From positions 4,214 to 68,213 of the forward strand of contig JAHFHU010000004.1 in assembly GCA_023246755.1 (NCBI GenBank): a DNA stretch of 64,000 nucleotides, read 5' to 3'. Numbering within the stretch: position 1 is the stretch's first letter; every line of letters begins with the position of its first letter. Positions 56,874-64,000 of the stretch are shown here, piece after piece. Position numbers and translations under genes: made by a program. The notes under the pieces are model-generated. The model was not told where the DNA came from, made no database searches, and saw only the letters and a program-made list of their open reading frames with translations. The DNA comes from Candidatus Magasanikiibacteriota bacterium (GTDB taxonomy: Bacteria > Patescibacteriota > Patescibacteriia > Magasanikbacterales > 2-02-FULL-50-9b).

Positions 56874-59288
56874 TTAGCGCACAACAGCTCCGCATTTTTT
56901 CTCAAGCGCGCCCGTGACCGCGCGATGTGCCGCATCCAATTCTTCGCCGCTCAATGTATGATCATCAGCGCCATACACCACGTGAACGGCAACCGCTTTT
57001 TTATCGTCCCCGATTGCCGCGCCGCGAAAAATATCGAAAACTTCTGCGCCACGCACAAGCGGATGAGAACCGCGCGCCGCATCAAGCAATTGATGCGCCG
57101 AAATTTTTTCCGCGACCACAACCGCAACATCGCGCACCGACAATTGATACGCAGATGTCGGTCGATACACCGGTGCAGCCGCAGCCCCGGACAACAATTT
57201 CGTCAGATCAATTTCCGCAATCACCACATCGTGTTCGATTCCCATTTTGCCGCGCACGCTCGCATCAACACGCGCAACATACCCAACCGTCGTGCCCTCA
57301 CACAGCAACTCCGCAGCCGCACCACCCTGCCACCATGGCATGTAATCGTCCGGCGCACGAACTTCGATCGCATAACCCAACTCCGTGCACACACGCACCA
57401 TCGCGTCGCGCGCACGCCCGAACGCATTCTCCGCGCCCGATGATTTCCCGCCAAGCGCAATCGCTAAATGTGTTGATTGACTCGGAGCCGCGCGCTCAAA
57501 AACTTTTGCAATCTCAAACACCGCAACCTCCGCACACGTGCGTTGATTTTTTTCAACAACCTCAGCCAAATTCATCGCAAGCGTTGATGCCAAAAATGGC
57601 CGCTCGCTCGACAACGGATTCGCGAGTTCAATCAAATTATTCGGCGCGATCCCAAACAGCGCCGCGACATGCGGCCGCACATACGCATACGTGTTCACCT
57701 CGATGAGCCCCTGTCGATACGCGCACAACGTTTTAATTTTGAATTGCATGGCAACAACCGCATCTTCTTTTATGTCGTGGATCTGAATCGCGGGCAACGT
57801 GCTTGCGATATTTTCATATCCATAAATGCGCGCAACTTCTTCAACCAAATCATGCACGCCACCCATATCCTTCAAGCGAAACGCCGGAACCGTCACGCGT
57901 ATTTTTTTCGCATCCCCCTTACACACAAACCCGAGCTGCTCCAAAATTTTTTTCGCCACCGACAACTTCACGCCGACGCCAAGTGCGCGATCCATATCTT
58001 CTTGCGAAAAATCAATCACGCGCAACTTCGGCAGCGAACGTTTCACGTCGACAACCGTGCTGACGACACGCGCCGCGGGAAAAATTTCACACAGCAACTC
58101 AATCGCGCGCGCCAAACCCCACTCCGTGTTGTTCGGATCCAACCCTTTTTCAAAACGACTCGAACTTTCTGTGCGCACATGCAGCGCGCTCGATGTTCGC
58201 CGCACCGAACCTGCCGAAAAATTCGCGGATTCAATTACAATCGTGCGCGTCGCGTCACCGATCGAATGCATCGCTCCCCCGATCACCCCCGCGACCGCAA
58301 TCGCATCTGTTTTTGTCGCAACCACGAGCGCGCCCGATGGCAACTCATGTGTTTTCCCGTCGAGCGTCGCAATTTTTTCGCCGGGCTGCGCACCGCGCAC
58401 AAAAATGCTCGCGCGCCGATCGTCCACTTTCACTAAATCAAAATCAAATGCATGGAGCGGCTGCCCACCCTCAAGCATCACAAAATTGGTGACATCCACA
58501 ATTGCGCTCACCGGCCGCACGCCCGCCGCCACCAATCGCTTCTGCATCCACACAGGCGACGGCGCCGCGCCGTCAACCCCCGCCATCACCACCGCCTCAT
58601 ATCGCGGACACAATTCCGCGTCTGCAACTTTCACTTCGAGTGAAATATCTGATTTTGTTTTGATCGCCCGCGGCGCTGGCAAATTAATTTTCGCACCCAA
58701 AACCGCCCCAAATTCCCGTGCCAACCCGCGCACACCCCACAAGTCCGGCCGGTTCGACAGCGCTTTGTTATCCAATTCAAACAACACACCATTTTTCCCG
58801 AGCGCCTCGGCAAGCGGCGTCCCCGCGCGCGACGACAAACTCGATAAATCCAAAATTTCTTTTTCGCCGCCCTTGGGAAACTCGGCCGCCAACCCAATTT
58901 CATCCGCGCCACAAATCATCCCATCGCTTTTCACCCCGCGAATTTCCGTTGGCTCAAGCGTGACCAACTCGCCCGCGCCATGCCACTGCACCCGCGCCCC
59001 CACACGCGCGAGCGCAATTTTTTGCCCGACAACCACGTTTGATCCACCGCACACCACCTGCACCGGCACATGTTCTCCCGCATCAACCGAAACCACGCAC
59101 AATCGATCCGCGTTCGGATGCGGCGCAACCGCGACGATCGCGCCCAAAACCATGTGCTGGAACGCATCCGCCTCCCGCACCATGCCCTCAACTTCTGCAA
59201 CGCGCAGCGTAAATTCACGCGCAATATCTTCATCGCGCCGCCCGCCAAGATCAACAAATTCAGACAACCACTCTTTTGAAATCACCAT
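56874..59288 (-). CDS. pheT: Phenylalanine--tRNA ligase beta subunit
   Basis: HPNADRL, NRPD, GQPLHAFD, RFEKG and DLVEEVARIYGY motifs. Confidence 0.98.
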   Translation of the reverse strand: MVISKEWLSEFVDLGGRRDEDIAREFTLRVAEVEGMVREADAFQHMVLGAIVAVAPHPNADRLCVVSVDAGEHVPVQVVCGGSNVVVGQKIALARVGARVQWHGAGELVTLEPTEIRGVKSDGMICGADEIGLAAEFPKGGEKEILDLSSLSSRAGTPLAEALGKNGVLFELDNKALSNRPDLWGVRGLAREFGAVLGAKINLPAPRAIKTKSDISLEVKVADAELCPRYEAVVMAGVDGAAPSPVWMQKRLVAAGVRPVSAIVDVTNFVMLEGGQPLHAFDFDLVKVDDRRASIFVRGAQPGEKIATLDGKTHELPSGALVVATKTDAIAVAGVIGGAMHSIGDATRTIVIESANFSAGSVRRTSSALHVRTESSSRFEKGLDPNNTEWGLARAIELLCEIFPAARVVSTVVDVKRSLPKLRVIDFSQEDMDRALGVGVKLSVAKKILEQLGFVCKGDAKKIRVTVPAFRLKDMGGVHDLVEEVARIYGYENIASTLPAIQIHDIKEDAVVAMQFKIKTLCAYRQGLIEVNTYAYVRPHVAALFGIAPNNLIELANPLSSERPFLASTLAMNLAEVVEKNQRTCAEVAVFEIAKVFERAAPSQSTHLAIALGGKSSGAENAFGRARDAMVRVCTELGYAIEVRAPDDYMPWWQGGAAAELLCEGTTVGYVARVDASVRGKMGIEHDVVIAEIDLTKLLSGAAAAPVYRPTSAYQLSVRDVAVVVAEKISAHQLLDAARGSHPLVRGAEVFDIFRGAAIGDDKKAVAVHVVYGADDHTLSGEELDAAHRAVTGALEKKCGAVVR

Positions 59289-60304
59289 ATCGTCTGCTGT
59301 AAAAAATTTAAATCGCCCGCGTTAAATTCACGCACATCGCCCACCCCAAATTTCAACATCGCGATGCGCGTCAAACCCAATCCAAACGCAAAACCCGAAA
59401 CTTTTTCCGGATCCAATTTTGCCGCGCGCAACACTTCCGGATGAATCATGCCGCATCCAAAAATTTCAAGCCATCCCGTCCCTTTGCATAACGTGCACCC
59501 CGCGCCGCCGCACATCGAGCAGGTCACCTCGCCATTCACACCCGGCTCAACGAACGGATAAAATTTCGGGCGCAAACGCACGCGCGTCGACGGCCCATAC
59601 AAATGCGTCGCGCACGCTTCAAGCACGCCTTTCAAATCGCCGAGTGTCACCCGCTCACCTACCACAAAACCTTCGAACTGATAAAACGTGTGTTCGTGCC
59701 GCACGTCAGTCGCTTCGTTTCGAAAACATCGTCCGGGCACCACTGCCGCAAGCGGCGCGCCATACGTTTCGAGTGCACGCACCTGCATCCCGCTCGTGTG
59801 TGTGCGCATAACGAGCGACGGATGGTCTTTGATGTAAAATGTGTCCTGCATGTCACGCGCCGGATGGTCCGCCGGAATATTAAGCACCTCAAAATTATAG
59901 AATTCCGACTCAAGCTCGGGTCCATCCAAAACCAAAAAACCTTTTGACCGAAAAAACTTTTCTAAATCTTCGCGTACAATCGAAATCGGATGCAACGCGC
60001 CGTAATTTTGTTTTGGCAACACCGGCTCAGAAATATCGATCAACCCCGCGCCGCTCACCGCTTCCAATTCTGCGCGCCGCGCCGCGATGAGGATCTCGAT
60101 CTCAATTTTAACTTTTTGCGCCCGCGGGCCGACGATTTTTTTTTCTTCTATCGAAAGTCCGCCGAGTGTTTTTAAAATCGCGGTCAAGCGCCCCTGCTTA
60201 CGACCGACCACATTAATTTCAACACTGTCCAGGTCGGCGAGCGAATCCGACGCCGCAATCGCCGCAGCAACACTCGTCAAAATTTCATCAAGTTGTTTCA
60301 ACAT
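59282..60304 (-). CDS. pheS: Phenylalanine--tRNA ligase alpha subunit
   Basis: HPARDMQDTFY, RTHTS, FYPFVEP and GFAFGLG motifs. Confidence 0.98.
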   Translation of the reverse strand: MLKQLDEILTSVAAAIAASDSLADLDSVEINVVGRKQGRLTAILKTLGGLSIEEKKIVGPRAQKVKIEIEILIAARRAELEAVSGAGLIDISEPVLPKQNYGALHPISIVREDLEKFFRSKGFLVLDGPELESEFYNFEVLNIPADHPARDMQDTFYIKDHPSLVMRTHTSGMQVRALETYGAPLAAVVPGRCFRNEATDVRHEHTFYQFEGFVVGERVTLGDLKGVLEACATHLYGPSTRVRLRPKFYPFVEPGVNGEVTCSMCGGAGCTLCKGTGWLEIFGCGMIHPEVLRAAKLDPEKVSGFAFGLGLTRIAMLKFGVGDVREFNAGDLNFLQQTIW

Positions 60305-60360
60305 ATCCGTGCAATATATGTACGGATTTTACATGATACACCACCATTTTACAAATCAAC

Positions 60361-63300
60361 CTATTTTTTATCCGTATGCGGGCCGACCATTTTTTTCGCG
60401 CGCAAATACGTCATCACCACGGTCGCGATTCGATACTCAACCGGGTCCATTTGTGCCCGAATTCCGTCAAATACGTGTTCGAGCACTGCAAACATTTCGC
60501 TCGCAGATGCTGCGGGATAGCGTCGATGGAATTTTTCGGAAAATTTCATAAATGCATCCATGATTGCGGTGCCGGGCGATTTTTTCATATCAATTTTCGT
60601 ATGCAGCGACCGCTCACGCGTAAGTTCGTCATCGATAAAATGCAAAACCGCAACTTTTTCATGAATATTTTTCCAATCAATTCGATCGAGCGACGCGGGC
60701 GAATACAAAAGCACATCAAGCACATGTTCGATAATCCGCGCGTGCTGCGGGCCGGCTTCCGTATGCAAAATCGCATTTACAGCGCGCTCAACCATGCCAT
60801 TGGTCATGGCTTTAATTTCTGCAGGATTTTTTTCACGAAGCGACTGAACGATCGCCTCAAATTCCGCAGCATGCTCCGCATCAAACGTGTAGGCAATTTT
60901 TTTCGCCTCTTCAGCGCGCGCAACAAGCGATGGCTGCTGAATATGTTTCAAACGCTCTTGCTCCTCTGCGGTTTCGCCACCCGGCGTGCCGTCGAGCCCA
61001 ATCACGCGATATGCACTGCCCGCTTTATCAGCGCCTGCAGAAGTTGGCCACAAAACAAACGCAGTGCCATGCATGTTCCTCGAGTTTGCAGACAGGCCAC
61101 GCACATTAAAACCACTTGTTACGCCACTTACAAAACCGGCTGCACGCAGCATCGCTGCAACAACCAGTGCAAAATCCGCGCACACACCCGTGAATAATTT
61201 TCCGCCTAAAAATTTCGCTTTTTCTGGATCGTTGTGCGCAATCGCTGCAACACGCGATCGCATAAACGTAAACCGATCGGTGTTTGAAAGCCCATCTTTC
61301 GCATACTTCACCTCACCATTTTCAAAATCATAGTATGATTTTTCTCGAACAAACGATTCGATGCGTTCAATCTGTTCGCGCGGCGATTTTTTTTCTATGG
61401 ATCGAAGAAATGCAACACATTCGAGCGGTAAAGCGCCAATCGGAAGTTCCGGCTGCGCCTGTGCATCAGCGGCGCGCCGCGCATGTGCCCACTGCCGGCC
61501 AAGTCCGTCACGCTCGGCTGCTGAAATGTCTTGCGGCACTGCAGACACCGCGCTTCTGCGCAGTGAATACACAATTTTAGCCGCGCCCTTTGGCGGCATC
61601 ACTGTTGGAATGCCGCCATGCATCGTAACCAAAAGCGGCTCCGCGGATTCTACCCCATATGAATCAATTGCTTTAACACGCGCCGCAATAATCTCTGATC
61701 CGATCCTAAATGGTAACACGATTCGACCATTAGCCCCGTTGTGTAGATGAACGGTCATCGTTGTTTCAACAACAGGTTCTTCAAGCTCAGGCGCGATTTC
61801 AAATGCTTGTTTTGGTGTTTTCCATATTTTATCCACCTGATCATATTCAGTGTACAAACCCGTTGCGAAAAATCCATGCGTTGGTTCCCGAAACGAAACT
61901 AAATCTTTGCCACCACCATCTTTTGGGTCTCTACCCCAATAATTGGTGTCGCTCGAAAAATCAACTGCATCATCGCTACCGTGTGCCCGATCCTGCCACG
62001 CTCTCTGCTTCTTCGCTGCTTCCTGCAGTCGAATTGCTGCAACTTCTGGGGCAATGAGATTCACGATTCGCTCTGCAAGTTGATGATCTCTTCCCACAGA
62101 TTTTGCGGGCATTGTTCGAAACAATTCTTTTGCAAGCGGAACATTGCGCGCAGCAGAACGAACCACATCCATAATCCGCCTCACAAACACATGATTTGTT
62201 TCAAGCTGACCGGTAAATTCATCGATCCGCGCTTGCAAGGACATGTTCGATCGATCCTGCTCCGGATGCACGCGATTGAACTCCTCAATAAATCCGGTAA
62301 CATTCGCTTTCGTTGGTTTAAGCGCTGTGTTGAGCAAATCCAATTTTTCTTGTTCCTGCGGCGTGAGTTCTGATTTTGCATCTTCTACATTTTCAAATTC
62401 GTCGAGTGTTGCGATGCGCCACCTGCGTCTTCCGCCATTCCCGAGCTGTTTCAAAAAAACACTACACCGAGTAACCTCCAAAGAAATTAAATCTTTATCG
62501 TCAAGCACACTTTTGATATGCTTTACCACAGTTGCTCCATCTTTCTCAAACGTAACCACGAAGCCTTTTTGTGAACTATCATTTGCTAGAGTTAAAAACC
62601 CACCCCCAAAAAACACAGACCGACCAAAAGATGTATGTTGGACCCCATCTGCAGATAATGTACAATTCAAACCACCGCGATCAGAATTCACAGACCATGC
62701 AACAAAGTCATCTATTGAATCTGGTATGCACAACGAAGTGTACCAAAAAAAGTTGAATTCAAGCATAGTCTCAAACGCTGTCGACTGTACGCGTGTGCGA
62801 TAATTTTTTTTGTCGCCCATTTCAACACACACACAATTCACGACCCCTTGTTGATTTTTATTGTTGTAATCATAAAAAACAAACACGACAACATTTCCTT
62901 TTTGTTCAGATTTAACATAATTACCCAAATTTTTATTCTCGAGAGGAATGTCGTACTCGTTCGCGTACACATGCTGACCATCTGACAAATTCCTAACCAA
63001 AAAATCGGTCTCTCCATAACGCACAACACCCTTCACACCCCTTTGTTCTTCCAATTTCAACCTCAGCAAATCCTTTTTTTGGCCAGTTTCTAGATCGTAT
63101 GCTCTTAACATGCCCCCGTCGCCGATCTCGTAAAACACAGAATTGATAACCTGTTCGTACACGTATTTGTGCGTCTCAGGCACCGTTGTTTTTTTTTGAT
63201 TCTCGAGATCAAAAATAAAACTTGAATACCTGTTGGGGTTGTCCGAGTAAAACTTGAGTAGCGTGTTACTTTGTTCTAGTCGTTCTATGTGAGGACGCCC

Positions 63301-64000
63301 TACGTCTCTGGTCATTACTTCATTCACCACAGGCCTATCACCATGGCGACAATCAAATGCATACCACCCGTGTTCACCAACGATAATTCCGCAAGGAACT
63401 TTGTATGACACCTGCAGCACTTTTGAGTAATCGCCGGGAATTAACCCATCCAGTACGAACCGTGTTCCGTCGCGCAAAATAATTTCAGGTTTTGGTAGTT
63501 CTGACCCACCTCCTTCATAAAAAAAACCATAATCCGCTACTTTGTATTCAACGAATTCCGAAACATCCTGAATCTCAAATTTCACCCCACCTTGATGAAA
63601 CACCTCTCCCTCAACACCACCCTCTTTTTTCTTGAATTCGATCAAACCTGTTTTTTTGTTTTTTTCAAACTCAAATTTCGCTGCGTCCACGCCGCGCCGC
63701 TCCAAACTAGTTCGCAACTCTTCGGTAATAAATTTCTGCGCATTTATTTGCGCTGCCGCAACAACAATGTTGAGTGGCCGCCGACGCTGCGCAAAAAATT
63801 CTTTTAAAAACTCGGCTCGCTGCTCCTCGGTGATCGCGGGCAAGCAGTCCAAAATATGATGCATGTCGTCGGGCGTGATGTACTCGTCAAAAAACGCGGA
63901 CTGCGCGCGCTCGTCGAGCTGCTTCCACACAAAATCATGGACATAAAATCCAACATCATCTTCGTTTTTACACTGATCCAAAACGCGCTCACGAAAAATT
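60361..64000 (-). CDS. Large protein (>1200 aa) with C-terminal transglutaminase-like domain; 5' end lies beyond the window
   Basis: GVCADFA, MHG.AFV and LDGTP give a Cys-His-Asp triad; the frame stays open to position 64000. Confidence 0.8.
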   Translation of the reverse strand, partial: IFRERVLDQCKNEDDVGFYVHDFVWKQLDERAQSAFFDEYITPDDMHHILDCLPAITEEQRAEFLKEFFAQRRRPLNIVVAAAQINAQKFITEELRTSLERRGVDAAKFEFEKNKKTGLIEFKKKEGGVEGEVFHQGGVKFEIQDVSEFVEYKVADYGFFYEGGGSELPKPEIILRDGTRFVLDGLIPGDYSKVLQVSYKVPCGIIVGEHGWYAFDCRHGDRPVVNEVMTRDVGRPHIERLEQSNTLLKFYSDNPNRYSSFIFDLENQKKTTVPETHKYVYEQVINSVFYEIGDGGMLRAYDLETGQKKDLLRLKLEEQRGVKGVVRYGETDFLVRNLSDGQHVYANEYDIPLENKNLGNYVKSEQKGNVVVFVFYDYNNKNQQGVVNCVCVEMGDKKNYRTRVQSTAFETMLEFNFFWYTSLCIPDSIDDFVAWSVNSDRGGLNCTLSADGVQHTSFGRSVFFGGGFLTLANDSSQKGFVVTFEKDGATVVKHIKSVLDDKDLISLEVTRCSVFLKQLGNGGRRRWRIATLDEFENVEDAKSELTPQEQEKLDLLNTALKPTKANVTGFIEEFNRVHPEQDRSNMSLQARIDEFTGQLETNHVFVRRIMDVVRSAARNVPLAKELFRTMPAKSVGRDHQLAERIVNLIAPEVAAIRLQEAAKKQRAWQDRAHGSDDAVDFSSDTNYWGRDPKDGGGKDLVSFREPTHGFFATGLYTEYDQVDKIWKTPKQAFEIAPELEEPVVETTMTVHLHNGANGRIVLPFRIGSEIIAARVKAIDSYGVESAEPLLVTMHGGIPTVMPPKGAAKIVYSLRRSAVSAVPQDISAAERDGLGRQWAHARRAADAQAQPELPIGALPLECVAFLRSIEKKSPREQIERIESFVREKSYYDFENGEVKYAKDGLSNTDRFTFMRSRVAAIAHNDPEKAKFLGGKLFTGVCADFALVVAAMLRAAGFVSGVTSGFNVRGLSANSRNMHGTAFVLWPTSAGADKAGSAYRVIGLDGTPGGETAEEQERLKHIQQPSLVARAEEAKKIAYTFDAEHAAEFEAIVQSLREKNPAEIKAMTNGMVERAVNAILHTEAGPQHARIIEHVLDVLLYSPASLDRIDWKNIHEKVAVLHFIDDELTRERSLHTKIDMKKSPGTAIMDAFMKFSEKFHRRYPAASASEMFAVLEHVFDGIRAQMDPVEYRIATVVMTYLRAKKMVGPHTDKK

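Noticed and set aside
57826-59325. 499-aa plus-strand ORF
   Set aside because: Antisense shadow of the GC-rich pheT gene; no protein motifs
1-64000. CRISPR array, rRNA, integrase, transposase or prophage
   Set aside because: No regularly spaced repeats, rRNA signatures or such ORFs were seen
1-64000. Alternative genetic code (TGA=Gly, as in some CPR)
   Set aside because: Conserved genes such as tpiA, xseA, leuS, nrnA and pheS end at TGA at expected lengths and are not fragmented

Overview
Gene-dense bacterial window using the standard genetic code. It most likely comes from a Patescibacteria/CPR (Parcubacteria-like) genome, inferred from the alpha2-type GlyRS, archaeal-type PyrH, short TsaB-like protein, DUF4012, GAGC-lipobox proteins and largely Shine-Dalgarno-less starts. 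The housekeeping backbone includes tpiA, glyQS, frr, holB, mreB, rplJL, pyrH, xseAB, comEC, leuS, trxA, infB, nrnA, clpP, csp, hup, pheST, rpmG and 5 tRNAs. An accessory region (~6.3-17.2 kb) lies 3' of tRNA-Trp. Most notable observations: (1) two dispersed copies of an unannotated ~140-nt multi-hairpin element (18927-19062 and 48559-48699) that share an ungapped 50-nt core with compensatory base changes but have unrelated, individually perfect closing stems; (2) an AT-rich prs / divergent LOG-SLOG / divergent NAPRT-family operon; (3) a LeuRS carrying in-frame Nudix and alpha/beta-hydrolase insertions; (4) a rod-shaped ncRNA candidate with its own promoter behind clpP. All family assignments come from motif recognition by eye, not from database searches.
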